Shown piece by piece: positions 47,492 through 61,948 of a stretch of 64,000 bases of DNA. Positions within the stretch are counted from its first letter, which is position 1, and each line of letters begins with the position of its first letter. Source of the stretch: Neoconidiobolus thromboides FSU 785 (taxonomy: Eukaryota; Fungi; Entomophthoromycota); NCBI GenBank assembly GCA_025603075.1, contig MU626339.1, positions 1 to 64,000 of the forward strand, given 5' to 3'. The notes beneath the pieces were generated by a model that saw only the letters and a program-made list of their open reading frames with translations, was not told where the DNA came from and ran no database searches. The position numbers and the translations under genes are program-made.

Positions 47492-50400
47492 ATGAAAGGC
47501 AAAAGGGATAAAAAAGCCCCGGTCAAGCGATTAAAAGATGTATTATATGGGCCTAAGGATAGCAATAGCTTTTTAGATGATGTTAATCGTGGGTTAGTTT
47601 TTCGTAGTAAGTTCGAAAATACAAGTCAGCTTGTACAAGAGGAGCCAGGTAGGTATTAAATTAAATAAAACATAATTTCCGTTGTTTAGATTAGATTTAT
47701 TTATTTTTTAAAAATCACTATTTTTATATTATCATTTATTAATGTTTTTATTCTAGCTGTTAAAAATCCACTTCCAGGAGTTCCATTTCATTTACAAGTA
47801 ACCAATAAATTAATCTTTATCCCTATTTTATTGATTTTAATTTAGGATCATACTGTTATTGTAGATGCAGATGAGATAGCAAAAGCAAATGTTTATAAAA
47901 GAAGCCTATTTAGGGAGCCAACCAGTACCAAAGGGACACTACAAAAAGAGAATACAATCAAAACTCAATACAATTTGAATAAAGTAAAAGCAAGAAGGAA
48001 AAAAAAAGAATTAAAGGATGTGATTTATAACAATCAACAAGAAAATCCTAACAATATTGTAAATAAAGCAGAGCTGAGTAAAAAAAATGATGGTTTTGAG
48101 GATAATGACCCAGAGAAAAGAGTTAAAGTAATAGAGGAAATTTTAAAAAGAAATAATGGATTCAATCCCATTAAGAATTTGAACCAAAATGAAAGCGAGG
48201 TTTTTGGGACTAAAGTAAACTCTTATATAACTAAGGAATCACAATTATTTCAAAATAAAAATGTGGATAGGGATGTGAGAGAGACCGATAATACAAATAG
48301 GGCTATAAATAAGACCACGAATTTGACTTCTAATACAACAGCAAATCAGAAGAAAAAAGAAGATAAAGGAAAAAAAGGAAATCAAATTGAAGTGTTAAAT
48401 ATTTTTGATAGCGAAAATGAAGAAGAAAATTTGAACGCAAAAGGATCCGTTGCCTCACAAAATAATAGGAGTGGTATAAACTCAGATTTAATCAATACAA
48501 ATGGTAATCAACATGAAATAGCTAATAATATGAACCAAGAAATATCTACTTTTGACCAACAAAATGTTGGAGTTTTCAATAATCAAAACATGGAAGTTTA
48601 TAACCCATCTAATAATCAACCTAATTATGAAAACAAAGAAGCAGTATATCGAGCGGATGAATTTTATTCGCTACCACCACGTAGACCGGATATCTGGTAT
48701 AGTCCATTTCCAGTTGATCCACAAGCCAATTTGGGCGACTTTGATTTTGCACCTGGGGAAGAAGTGGATAATGAACATATATCTACAGATCAATATGATA
48801 ATTTACAATCTGAAAATCCATATCAACAATCACCTGGTGATTTATTTAGTTTAGAACAACCTTATTTTAATACACCTACTCAGCATGATAATCATGCAGA
48901 TTTGAGAGAAGTGAGATATCAGTACGATATTGAAGGAGGAAACAAAGTTGGACACGCGGAAATAGGTAAATAGAATATACTATATAAGTATAGCAAATTA
49001 ATTCAGACTAAATAGATGTGGCGAGAGAACACGTATATGATAGTGATTATCATCAGAATAATCGATATAATAAAGAACACATTAAAGTAAATGAAAAAAG
49101 TAAATTGGAACATTATAATAAAAGCATCAATATGAGTGATTTCATAAATTTTGATTATACTGAAGCTTCTTTAAAAAATATATCAAGAAATGGATCAAAA
49201 CATAAACACATTTCTGGATCTAAAAAAGTAGATTATCGATCTATGGATGAAAATAGCGGTAATATTTTGGAAGATATGGCAGGTGACTATAATATTAAAA
49301 AGAACCACGAAAAAAGTGTTGAAATTCCATCAAAGGGAAATGTTTATCAAGATAAAAATAAGCTTGAAGAAGACCATTTAAATTTTAACGTTAAAGAATG
49401 GGAAAGGTACAAAAATGATATACAATATGAAATTGAAGAGGAATATCCACCAAATGACATGATACAGGTAAATCCTGAAGATAATAATAGTATTGATAGT
49501 GATGATGATGAACAAAAGATGAGTGCTATTGAGTGGAGGAAGTTTAAAGAGGATAATGAATATAGTTTAGATGAAATAGATGAAATAAAACAGAATGAAG
49601 AAGGTTCAATTATTAATAGTGACGAAAATCAAGATGAGTTGGATGCTATTGAATGGGAAAAAGTTAAAAATGATTTATATGAAGAAGAAGAGGAAGTCGA
49701 ATTGAATGAAAATCATGAGAATCAAAATCAAAATTGGGATGTTATGACAAGTGATAAAGAGATGATTGATGGCAATCGAATAACTGGAGTGAATGAAGTA
49801 AATGGTCTTGGAGAGATTCAACATAATCATGATACCAGTCTTAATGCCTCTAAAAGGAGGACAAGTGGTGTTATATCTAATAAAAGCCAAAGCTTAATAA
49901 GCCCAAGTAAAACTGGAATGCTTGTTTATGGTAAAAATTTTAGTAAAGAAAAGAGTAGTGATCTTGATAATTCTGAGAGTAACAAACTATCTAAACCTAG
50001 AAGTATAATTGAAGGAAATAGTAAATTATCTAATAAATTTGATAAATCGATAGAGTACAATTCATCTAAAGAAATAAAAATGGATAACCATAATAATTCA
50101 AAAGATAAAAATAGATCAGCCAATAGCAGCCGTATCTCTGAGAGGAAAAGTTTATCTAATAATAGTGCTAGTTTTTCGAGAAGAGAAGGGAGTGAATTGG
50201 CTGATTTGATTCAAGATAATAATATAATTTTAGATGATGATATGATAAATGAAGAGAGTTTGGAAAAGATAAGTGCCAAAATTAAAGATAAGATAACGGA
50301 TAAAGGAAATGATAGGGGATCAGATCAAGAATCAGATGAATTTGAAAGTTGGATGAAATTCAAAGAAACGATTGATTATAATATTGAACAAGCAAATAGA

Positions 50401-50598
50401 GCAATTAATAAACCGGCTTATTTACCAAAAAAACCAGCAGTCAAAAACAACTCTATTAATAAAGAGACCTTATCCTCTAATAGAAAAGAAGACACTCTAT
50501 CACAGCATAAAACTATCCTAGTTCCTTTAAAGGAATCTAATTTATATGATCATGATTTACAAGGTAGTCTTTATAATAATTCAATCAATATAAAATAA
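47492..50598 (+). CDS. Long Asn/Asp/Glu/Lys-rich low-complexity coding region (probably the N-terminal part of a gene continuing to 52067)
   Basis: ATG at 47492. GT-AG introns at about 47649-47756, 47799-47845 and 48968-49014 join ORFs 47975..48973 and 49018..50598. Confidence 0.75.
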
Positions 50599-50631
50599 AA
50601 TTATTTAGCTAATAACAAAGTAGAAGCACAA

Positions 50632-52067
50632 ATGACAACGAAACAAATTTATAATTATTTAGAACCTTCACCTTTGATCTATTCTACCAAATTATCTAAA
50701 TTTTTAGGTTGCCGTGTATTATTAAAGATGGAAAATACATTGCCTGGTCAAACTCATAAAATACGTGGTCTTATGGACTGGGTAGTGGAATCAGCCAGGC
50801 TCAATGGAGCGCCATACAACATAGAACCTATTGAAATGGTAATTTCTGGCTCACCAAATCGATGTCTTGCAGGTTTAGCTGCAGTAGAAATTTATAATGA
50901 AGGGGTGTTTCAAATGAATAAAAATATAGTGCCTCCACCGCTGAGTTTGACCGCTATCTTGCCACATTGTGCAAATCGAGATATCATTGAAAAATTAGAA
51001 GAAGGGGAAGTTAAAGTTATTAAGATTGGGGAAGTAAGTTTAATATTTAATAAACGATGATAATAAGTAAAGAATTTTATAGAGTTGGGAAAATTCGGAT
51101 TTAGCAGCTGAAAGATATGTAACTAAAATGAATACAGATGCTAAATGGAAACCAGATAGAAGTCCACAGACCCATACTATGATCCCATTTCCTCAAGCTT
51201 CTCACCCTTTAGTTACTAAAGGTTACAATGCTGTTGGTAAAGAAATCATAACCCAATTAAAAGGAAAGATACCAGATGCTATTTTATGTCCTGTTGGTAC
51301 TGGGTCTTTATTGGCGGGTATAGTTGGTGGTATTAGTGAAGATTCAAAGATGGGAGAAGGTAAATAGTATTTTTTAAATAAAAAATTAAGAAAGGTTAAT
51401 ATTTTTAGTGCCTATAATTGCAGTGGAAACAAATACTACGGATACTTTACATTGTGCCATTCAAGCGGATAAATTATGTAAAAAAAAAGAAATGAATTTA
51501 CCAAGAAGAAATAATGATAATTACGAATTTGATAATGTATTATCATTAGCAGATCCTAATTTAAATCCATATGCTTTTAAAGCAGCTTTAAATCATCCAA
51601 TTTTACCTTTGGTTATTTCAGAAGCTATGGCAGCTAATGCTGCTATTCGATTTAGTGAGGATCATTATACCTTAGTAGAAGCAGGTAATTTTTAGTTTAT
51701 ATATTTCAATTTATATTTATATTTATATTTTTTGGTAGCAAGCGCTTGCGCTTTAGCCCCCATCTATGATGAGTTATTACCAAAACTAATTCCTACACTT
51801 AAGCCAACATCTACAATAGTAATAGTAATTACGGGAGGTAATTGTATTACATATAGTAAACTAAAACGATTAAAAAACAAATTTACCAAACATGTAATAC
51901 AAGCTAAATCTGGTGAAGAATTTTTATTTGAATTACCTGAATGTGAAGTTAAAATGAAAGAAAATAAGGGAGTGAATCTTAGTAATTTAAATGGAGATGA
52001 TAAAAGAAAAAGAATATTAGTTATTAAAGAGATCGAAGCATTGGAATGTAAGAGAAAAGTTGGATAG
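50632..52067 (+). CDS. Divergent PLP-dependent L-serine/threonine dehydratase-like domain (Trp-synthase beta fold)
   Basis: SPLIYSTKLSKFLGCRVLLKMEN..PGQTHKIRG (PLP Lys position), PDAILCPVGTGSLLAGI, PIIAVET and VIVITGG; three introns. Confidence 0.85.
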
Positions 52068-52309
52068 TAGGAGTAATGGACTTTATTTATTGAGACTTTT
52101 AATGTGTTAATAGTTTTTAAATATTTAATTGTAAATCAAAGAGGTTAAGTGGAAGAATATTGATATTGGTTTGTGAAATCAAATCAAGCTAAAAAAATCC
52201 ATATGCTATTAAATTGAATCTCAAAATGGATTACTTAATAGTTTAATATGAAAATAAATAATCAACTTTTACCTTGTTTAATTTCATTTTTATTTCTATA
52301 TTTAGTCTA

Positions 52310-53673
52310 TTAATTTTTAATTTTTAAATCTTCCAAAGGCCATTTAGGTATAAAATCAATAGAATATTCATCAAATAAACCTAATTGATATCTTTCTACA
52401 CCAGCCCAAGCTATCATTACACCGTTATCTGTACATAATCTAGCGGGTGGACAAAATAACGGGATTTGATTTTCAGTAGCTATTTCATTTAAACTAAAAG
52501 TATTGATTAGATAAAAAAAGACATATAGTAATAAACAATTACCCTTCTCTAACTTTTAAGTTGGAAGCAACACCACCTGAAGCAACCAAGGATTTAGGTC
52601 GAATATTTAATTTTTCACATTCTTTAAACCCTAATCTTAATTTTTGTTTTAAGTGCTCAACTACCGTAAATTGAAAAGAAGCGGCAATATCCGCTTTAAA
52701 TTGTTCTTTATCATTATCTTCTATTTGATCCATTTTATTTTTGACAAAGGTAGATACCTGGGTTCTTAATCCCGAAAAACTAAAAGCGATGGAACTCCTT
52801 CGGTGCATATCATTCATAGGAATAGTAAATTGATATTTCTCCTTATTTCCATTTCTAGCTTTCATTTCTAAAGCTGGCCCTGGACCACCGCCAATAATAT
52901 TTTCTTTGGCTAAAAAGCCTTCTTTTTCAATTGGTTGATTCCATGGTAAACTTAATACTCTCGCTACTTTATCATATGCCTCTCCTATACTTTCATCTAA
53001 TGTTTCCCCTAATAATTTATAATCTCCAACTCCCTTAACTACTACTATTTGAGTGTGTCCTCCACTAATCAAAAAACAAAGATATGGAAATTCCACTTTT
53101 TCATATTCACTTAAACGTACCGTTAATGCATGAGCTTCCTAATTATTATTAGCTATAACACGGTCAAAATTATTATCCTAATACCTACCATATGGTGTAC
53201 TCCAATCAATGGTTTACTGTTATAAAAATAAATAAGTTAACTTTAAATTACTTAATTATTTTAAATAAAATAAAATATTAAATTTACTTCAAAGCAGCTG
53301 CTAAAGTTTTACTAGCATTTAACCCTACTGATAAAGAAGATGGTAAACCTGGCCCACGAGTAAAAGCAATAGCATCCATATCAGATATACTTTTATTGGC
53401 TTTTTTTAATACATCACTTACTACGTAAGGTAAGTTTTTGATATGATGCTTCAGTGCTAAATTGGGTACAATACCACCCATAGGTTCATGAACTTTGTAT
53501 TGGGAAATGGTACTTTCAGCTAAGATAGCGGCATCCGAAGTTACGATTGCACATGAAGTGTCATCACAGCTGGTCTCTATACCCAAGATAGTAAATCGTT
53601 TTTTTATTGTCGAAGTGGTTAGCCTTCGTCGAAATATGGATTTTGTCAATGCAAGATTGAGCCTTGGTGGCAT
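52310..53673 (-). CDS. QRI7: Mitochondrial tRNA t6A threonylcarbamoyltransferase (Qri7/OSGEPL1)
   Basis: Presequence + LGIETSCDDT, AFTRGPGL, KPLIGVHHM|EAHAL, LISGGHT, FSFSGL, SGGVASN, CTDNGVMIAWAG; 4 exons. Confidence 0.95.
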
Positions 53674-54107
53674 TTTTTTAAATGGGAATGAGTTTAAATT
53701 ATAATAAAAGATAAATTTAGTAAAATTGGGGTTTAGATAATTTTTACTATGATAAGAATTTAATGAAAATATAGTTCAAATAAATTGCGTAGATATGATA
53801 GTTTATTCTTTCATAAAGAATTTTTAATAAATTTTTCAACATAATAAGATAAATAAAATAGAATATATTAAGTTTATAATTACTTTATTTTTAATTTCCT
53901 TATGTTAAAATTTGAGTTTTTATATTTTCATTGTTTCATTAACAATCTACACATTCAATTTTATTAGTCTTTCTTTGTATGCACTAATTCTTTTAATAGA
54001 TTTTTAAAAAAAAAATTAAAACCTAAAATCAGCTGATTTCACCAACTATCAATTTCAAATCTAAAAAAAAATTTGAACTCATTTTTACTTAATTTCATTC
54101 AATAAAT

Positions 54108-55799
54108 ATGTTCGCTCGACCCATTCGAAAAAAACGAGGTCATGGTAGTAATTTTACTAGTTCCATTGGGGATAACTCTTCCAATAGTGGAATGTCTGAA
54201 GTGGACGTTCGAGATCGCCAAGAATTGATTACTACTTCAATCAACCGAGATGTATTAGCTCCTTTGCAAAATAGCCAACAACGCATCTTACGAAGAGCAA
54301 GCAGCAACACATCATTAAGACCGCCTATCACCTCGTTTACACCAGATGGATTAGTTACCACCTTGTCACCTCAAATACATATCAATTTAGGTCAACGTCG
54401 TTCAATATCAGGTAACTATACTCCACCAAAAAATAATAAATATAAAACAACATCCCAACAGCCAAATAAATTTCCACCACCTTCCTTTCCACAAAATTTA
54501 GCTCATATGAGAAGCAACAAAAGTTCATTAGCTTCTTACGCACAAAATCAAAATTCAAGTGAAGAATTAAATAAAATATTAAATCGAGTACATGCTACCC
54601 CCGAATGTTTAGCTACTTCACTACAAGAATTAAGACTACATATATTGAAATTTGGTATACCATTAGAAGATACTTCCATGGAATATCCACAGTCCAATTC
54701 ACTTCGATGTCGTACATGGAAAGCTTTATTGGGAGTTTATTCTTTTTCAGCGGGAGAATATTTGCATTATATAGCTAAAGGGGCTAGCCCTATGTTTGAT
54801 AAAGTTAAAAATGATACTTTTAGAACTTTAGCTACCGATAAAAAGTTTTTAGAAAGGGTCCAAGAGGTTATGTTAGTTCGAGTTTTAAACGCTATTGTTT
54901 GGAAAGCTCAAGCTGATGCTCCATTAGGCACCATTCCAACGAGATTTGATTATGTTCAAGGAATGAACGTTCTAGTAGCCCCATTCTTATTTGTTATGCC
55001 TGAAGTGGATGCCTTCTTTTCATCAAATGTATTGTTGAAAAACTATTGTCCTACTTATGTTAAACCAACATTGATTGGGGTGCATTGTGGCTTAAAGGTA
55101 ACTAATATTTTCAAGTTTTTAATAGAACTGAAGATGGTAATATTTTTATTAATTTTTAGTTAATGGATAAATGTTTAGAAGTGTTAGATGCGGAATTGTA
55201 TTTTTATTTAAAAAGTAAAGGCTTGACAGCTGAAATTTATGCATTTGCTTGTAAGTTTTTATTTTATTTTATTGTCATATATTATTAATCATTAAATCCT
55301 TCCTTTTATTAGCTATATTAACTTTAAGTGCTTGTACACCACCATTGGATGAATTATTAAAACTATGGGATTTTTTTTTTGCATTTGGAATTCATTTGAA
55401 TGTAATTTGTACTATATCACAATTGATGTTAACGCGTAATCAATTATTAATGAGTCCAAGGTAAAATTTAATAAATTTGAATATCGATGAGATATATTAA
55501 CCTTTTTTATTTTTAGCCCAATTAAACTGTTACGTACCTTCCCTGATTTACAAGCTTATCCAGTAATTCAATTAACACGTCATTTGGTGAAACAATTATC
55601 AGCTCCACTTTATGAAGAATTAGCTACTCATCCATTTGATGAAGCCGTTTGTGAAAGGTATATTAATGGTCCAAATACTTCCAATTTCTCTTCTCCATTG
55701 CCTAATACTTCGTCATTCATGTCGTCAAGTAGAGACTCTCATCTCTCACCTAATACACCAGGGTCCATGTCGTCCCATTCAGTTAGGAGCCGAAGTTAA
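54108..55799 (+). CDS. BUB2: Bub2/Cdc16 TBC-domain GAP
   Basis: YVQGMNVLVAPFLFVMPEVDAF, CPTYV.PTLIGVHCGLK, LTLSACTPPLDELLKLWDF, LYEELATHPFD; 4 exons. Confidence 0.93.
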
Positions 55800-56707
55800 A
55801 TTTGGTTATTATGGATTATGATTATTAGAAGTGGAGTTTATTTTGTATAGTTTAGTAGAAGATATTATTCATCTTTTGCCATTTTTAACAGTCTATTTTT
55901 TTTCAATTTTAAAGTTGAAACTTTAAATTTATCTTTTTATTAAATATAATATATTTTTGAATTTTCTATTAATTTTTTATTAATTTTTTAAATTGTTAAT
56001 ATAACTCAATAATAATTCATAGCATATTTTAATAAGTTTATTTAAACTGAATTATCAATTCATTTATCACATTTTTTAAAATTATATTAACCAACTTCAA
56101 TTCCTAACTCTAATTCGTCTCCTTTTTTTAATTAGAGAAAGTTGATTGTAGTCTATAGTGTGGGATATTAGTATATATATTGATGAACAAATTATCTTTT
56201 AATATGACTCAAAGAAAAGGCTTTTATCTAGGAAGAGAGAAGTTTTGATTATCAATAATATTAAATGACAATGATGAGAAATGACTTGTTAGTTGAATTG
56301 TCTCATACTATTAATAAAAATCTAGTCATAAAAATAATCGAATTAATATTATTTATCGTAGTAATATTTTAATAATCTCCATCCTCTACTATTTTAAATA
56401 CAATTCTGTTATATTATTCATAAAACTTTCCATTTTTATTATATCATTTAAGATTATACATAATAATGAATTAACTAGCATTTAATTAAAACTAGAATCA
56501 TCACTTACATGCTAGAATAATGAGAATGCTATCCCTAAATAAAGAACAATAAACTTAAGTATATCATTGATATTTCATTGGTTAATTTAGACCAAATGAT
56601 TTCGATTTTAACCAAATATAGTAACATTTAAGTAAATTTAATGATGTAGTAAAAAAAGTAAACCATAGCTTTTTTTAAAAATTATAATTGATAAAAAATC
56701 CAATATA

Positions 56708-59282
56708 ATGGAAATCCCAACAGCATTGAGTAGTAGTTTATTACGAGGATTAGGTGATAAAATGTATGAACGACGTAAACAATCAGCGTTGGAAATCGAG
56801 AGGTAAAGTAACAATTTATTAAATATTATTATTAATAAGAAAGGATTATTAATTGATTATTTTATATTTTATTTTTAAATTAAAATAAATAAGTATTATT
56901 AAAGATTTATTTTCTCAAGATGAAGTGGAACAAATCAAAAACATAACCTCTTATTTAGTACGTGAATTTGCATTTTCTCAATTTACACACCAAAAAAATG
57001 GGGGTTTAATTGGATTAGCTGCTATTTCTATTGCTTTAGGACCAGTAATCAATTTATAATTTCTTAGTTTATTTAATAACTTTATTGATTGTTTTTTATT
57101 AGCAAGTCGATGATTTTCTAGATGATATAATACCGCCAGTATTAGCTTGTTTTTCAGATCAAGAAGCTAAAGTTCGATATTACGCTTGTGAGTCAATGTA
57201 TAATATTGCTAAAGTAGCAAAAGGAGATGTATTAAGATTTTTTAATGAAATATTTGATGCTTTATCTAAATTAAGCTCAGACCCAGATACATCAACAAAG
57301 AATGGTGCCTTATTATTAGATAGATTAATGAAAGATATTATTAGTGAACAAAACAATGAATTAGATAATACAAATAATTTACAACAATTTAGTTTAACAA
57401 GATTTATACCATTATTAAGTGAAAGAATTAAAACAATTAATCCATTAACTCGTAGTTTTTTAATTAATTGGTTATCTGTATTAAATTCTATACCAGAAAT
57501 TGAATTAATTAGTCATTTACCTAAATTTTTACATGGCTTATTAAGTTTCTTAGCAGATAATAATCCAGATGTAGTAACATCCACTCATATCTTATTTTTT
57601 GATTTCTTAAAAGACATTCGAGATTCAGCATTAAATCAAAATACAGAATTCAATTCAAGTTTAGGTCAAGGTAATGGACTTTGGTTACCAGGTCAAGGAG
57701 TTGTTATTGATTATAATGAGATATTAGAAATATTAATAAATAATTTAAATAACAATAACGAACAAATTCAATCTATGGTATTAAAATGGATTAATGAATT
57801 TACTGAAATTAGTAAACAAACAATTATCTCTAAGATGACTAAATTAATATTATCTTTATTACCTTCTTTAGCTAATTCTAAATTAAGTTTAAGTAATTCA
57901 GCTATGGAATTGAATTCGAATTTGTATTTTTTAATATCGGATTGGGATAATGAAGATATTGAAATTGATTATCAAGGAATGGTAAATTCATTGACATTAC
58001 AATTATTGAATGAAAATGAAATTACAAGGGTAGAATCATTAGAATGGCTGATTATGTTACATCGTAAATATCCAGAACATTTGTTTTTACCAGGGGATGG
58101 TATGTTTCCTGCTTTATTAAAAGTAATATCTGATATATCAGAAGAAGTTGTAAAAAGAGATTTACAATTATTAGCTCAAATTAGCTCTCATTTAGATAAA
58201 GACAACACACAAGATGATAATTTTTTTCATTCATTTATGATTCATTTATTATCTATGTTTTCAACAGATAGAAGATTATTAGATTTAAGAGGTGCATTAA
58301 TTATTCGTCAATTATGCCTTGCATTATCACCTGAAAAAATATATATTACCATGGCTAATATATTAGAAAAAGATAAGGATATTGAATTTTCTTCAATTAT
58401 GATTCAACATTTGAATTCCATATTATTAACGGCTAATGAGTTAATGGAATTAAGAAAAAAATTTAAAAATTTTCATCAGAATTTTAATTTATTCAAAACA
58501 TTATATAAATCTTGGTGTCATTCCCCAATTTCTACTTTTTCTCTTTGTTTATTAGCTATGCAATATGAACATGCTTATTTATTATTATCATTATTGTAAG
58601 TCTTTTCTTATTATGATTAGTTATTATTTATATATTATTTTTTTATTTCATTAGTGCTGAGTTAGAAATTACGGTTAATATGTTAATTCAAATTGATCGT
58701 TTAATTCAAATGTTAGAATCTCCTGCTTTTACTTGTAAGTTAATTAATTATAATAATATATAAATACCAATAATATTAATATTATTTTTAGATTTAAGAT
58801 TACAGCTATTAGAACCTGAAAAATATCCTTATTTATTTAAATGTTTATATGGATTACTAATGTTATTACCTCAATCAAATGCATTTAATACATTAAAAAA
58901 TCGATTATCTTGTATTACTACAAATGGCTATTTAATGTTAAGTACATTAAAAATAAGGTAAGATTAATCTGTATTCACCCATAATAGTATCATATTAATA
59001 CATTCTAGTAATAATAGTACTAATGATAGTACTAAGAGAATAGCAAATAGTAGTTTAAAAACAGAAAGTAATAATTCATTAAAATTACAAGAGTTATTGT
59101 CCCATTTTAAAAATGTACAAGCTCGACATGAAAAGGCAAGATTAAATTCCCAACAATTACCAAAAAAAAATCATGAAAACAATAATAATAACAATAATGA
59201 AAAATTAAGTAAAAGAACAAGTATTTTACAATCAAATACTAAAAGAACCGATTCTCCACTTTCTTTTTTGAATAAAAAATAG
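56708..59282 (+). CDS. VAC14: Vac14 PI(3,5)P2 scaffold
   Basis: [82 protein letters not shown]; about 7 exons. Confidence 0.96.
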
Positions 59283-59348
59283 GTGTTGCTTTTTTGTTAT
59301 GCTTAAATAAAATTGATTTTTTTGGATTTATATTTAATATTTATATTT

Positions 59349-59464
59349 GGGGATGTTTTTTTGGCTTCATTATTTTTTCTATCTTCTAAGTACTATTTAA
59401 GTGGAAAAATTCTTAATAAAATCGTTAAAAAATGGAAAAGTAATGAAACCAAAAAGACATCCCC
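59349..59464. mobile_element. MITE copy 15, chimeric (two right arms)
   Basis: 116 bp; both ends are the right-arm sequence; perfect ATTT/ATTT flanks. Confidence 0.85.
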
Positions 59465-59511
59465 ATTTATATTTATAAAATAAACGAATATATTTTTATT
59501 CATAATTTAAT

Positions 59512-60630
59512 TTAATTCCCAACTTTAGTCACAGTTCCATCTTGATTGCCAAAGTAGGCCACTGTTGCCATGTCACAAAATAAACCTACTTCTACAACAC
59601 CAGTAATATGAATTAATTGATTTAATAATTCCTTTGGGTTTGAAATTAAGCCAAAATCTGCATCAATAACTAACATACCATTATCAGTTACTACAGGGCC
59701 TGCTTTACCTCCACCACTCATACGTAAAGTGGGTTTACCGCCTAATGAAGTGATTTTTTTAGTGACTAAGTTTAACGCGTAAGGAATGACTTCAATTGGT
59801 ACTCCTTGTTTCCACTAAAAAAGAGTTAAGTATAAATTAAAAGAAAAGAAAAGAAAAGAATTAGCAACTATAAGACACTTACATTTTCACCTAATACTTT
59901 AGAATTTTTACGATAATCTATAATCAATTATATTAATAAAACTCATCGAAAATTCATTAAAAGTTTGGTTTTGTTTTTATGAATGATTTAAAATTAATAA
60001 TTATCTACTTACCAGCGATTAAGATGAATTTTTTGGAACTGCTAGCTACTATTTTTTCTTGTAGCTGACAGGCTCCCCCACCCTTAATGGCATTTAAATT
60101 AGAATCAACCTAGTAATGTTGATTTAATATAGTTGAGTTATTAGATAAAATAGATTTGAAACTAGTTGATTTCATAAAAAGAGGAGGAAATTAAAAATAG
60201 AATAATTACCTCATCAGCCCCATCAATAGCTACTTCAAGTTCATTAATTCTATATAATTAAAAGATATATTAATTAATCAATATCTATATAACTCTTATA
60301 TATTCCACATAATCCCACCACTTATCAATTCCATTTGATTGATTTAATTAATTACAGTAATTTAAATTTAATAACTTACTCTTCCAAACTACCCAATGTA
60401 AATCCATTATTTAAAATTAATTGTTTAGATTGGAAACTAGTGGGCACTAACTTTACATCAATTAATTTATCTCTGATTTCAACTAATCGATCAATCACAT
60501 AAACTATTGTAGAACCAGAGCCAATTCCTATAGCCAAAGGTTGATTATTAGATTTGTTGTCTAAGAGGGGTAAGACATATTCATTAACTGCTTGATAAGC
60601 AGCAAGTTTCTTAGAGGCTTCAATACTCAT
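59512..60630 (-). CDS. RKI1: Ribose-5-phosphate isomerase A
   Basis: [67 protein letters not shown]; several introns. Confidence 0.96.
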
Positions 60631-61853
60631 TGTTTGTTTTATTTTAAAGAGCTGAGAAAAAGGAGTTGATAAAGTGAATGCTTTTCTGAAAAATTGATAC
60701 AAAATAATTTATTAAAAAATTTTAACAAGTTTTTAGAGATGACATGTTTTTAAATTAAGGGATTTTAGGCTAAAAAAAATTTGGGATAGAAAAATCGGAA
60801 GTTTCTATAAATTGGGTCATTTTCTCGCATTTATTTAAGCTATTAAGGCTTAATATAAAATTAAACCAATATTAAAATAGTCCTTCTTTATTTAAGTAAT
60901 ATTCGAGATTTGTAATTAGTATTGAATGAACTATGTCAATAATAAATATTGATAATATTATTTGTGTTCCAATTATTATAGTTTACTTCTTTATTATAAA
61001 TTTCTTGTCATTGTTCTATATTGTTTTTAATTTCTAATAATTGTTTTAAATGCCCATAAGTAATGGAACAATTCAACTATTAGTATTTCATCCTATTAGT
61101 TGAGAACAATACCATTTAAAACTAATAAAGTTCGAAATTCAATTATTAATTTTATACAGAAAAATAAACTAGGAAGATTCAAACACTAGAAATTCTCTAT
61201 TAATATAGGTAACTAGATATAAATAATCAAGTAAAAGTAGAAATAATTAACATGTTTTTATTTAAATATAATCAAAAACAGTTATACTTTTATTATATTT
61301 AAAAAGCATAGAGATAGATGTGATTAGTGGGAGATCAGAAAGGGAATAATTTTTGCAAAATAATTTAAATCTAAATATGACCTTTTACTTGAAATCTATT
61401 AAAAATTAAAAAACTAAAAAGCTAAAGGTAAAAATTATTATAAATTGTCAATTACAATAAAAATAACAGTCAAGTTTAATCAATCTTAAATACATCATTT
61501 TATAATTATTTTGACCTTTTTTTAAATAATTCAGAACAATTAATTTATCATTGTTTTCTTAAATATAAATATAAATGATAGATAAACTAAGAAATAAGCT
61601 TAATACACTATTAATAATGCTAACAACTATTTTGTTTTTATTGTTATATATTATGAAATATCGCTTTGTCAGATTCATGATTGATTATAACATAACAATC
61701 ACTTAAGTTGTTGTGTTCTCAAGTTTAGGCATAAATCAACTCAGAGGCCTTTACTTTGATTTACTGCGGTAATTTCTAGCTTTATTCCGAAGGAGATTAT
61801 CCTCTTATTTCAATATCCATACTTGTTGGAGTATAAAAGAAATTTTAGGATAT

Positions 61854-61948
61854 AGGGATGTATTTCTGTATTTAAGAATTTTACTAACAATTTTTCCACC
61901 CAAATACCGCTTAAAAGATGGAAAAAGTGAAGCTAAAAAAATACCCCC
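61854..61948 (+). mobile_element. MITE copy 16
   Basis: Flanks ATAT/AAAT. Confidence 0.87.

Noticed and set aside
14925-55821. Other small ORFs overlapping real genes (for example 14925..15119, 17554..17823, 20041..20319, 26085..26378, 32361..33455 set, 48552..48854, 54140..54361, 55636..55821)
   Set aside because: Antisense or alternate-frame shadows of established coding regions.
60631-60702. N-terminal extension of RKI1 given by the ORF track (possible organellar isoform)
   Set aside because: It begins at TTG rather than ATG. The ATG at 60630 gives the conventional N-terminus, and there is no evidence for non-AUG initiation.
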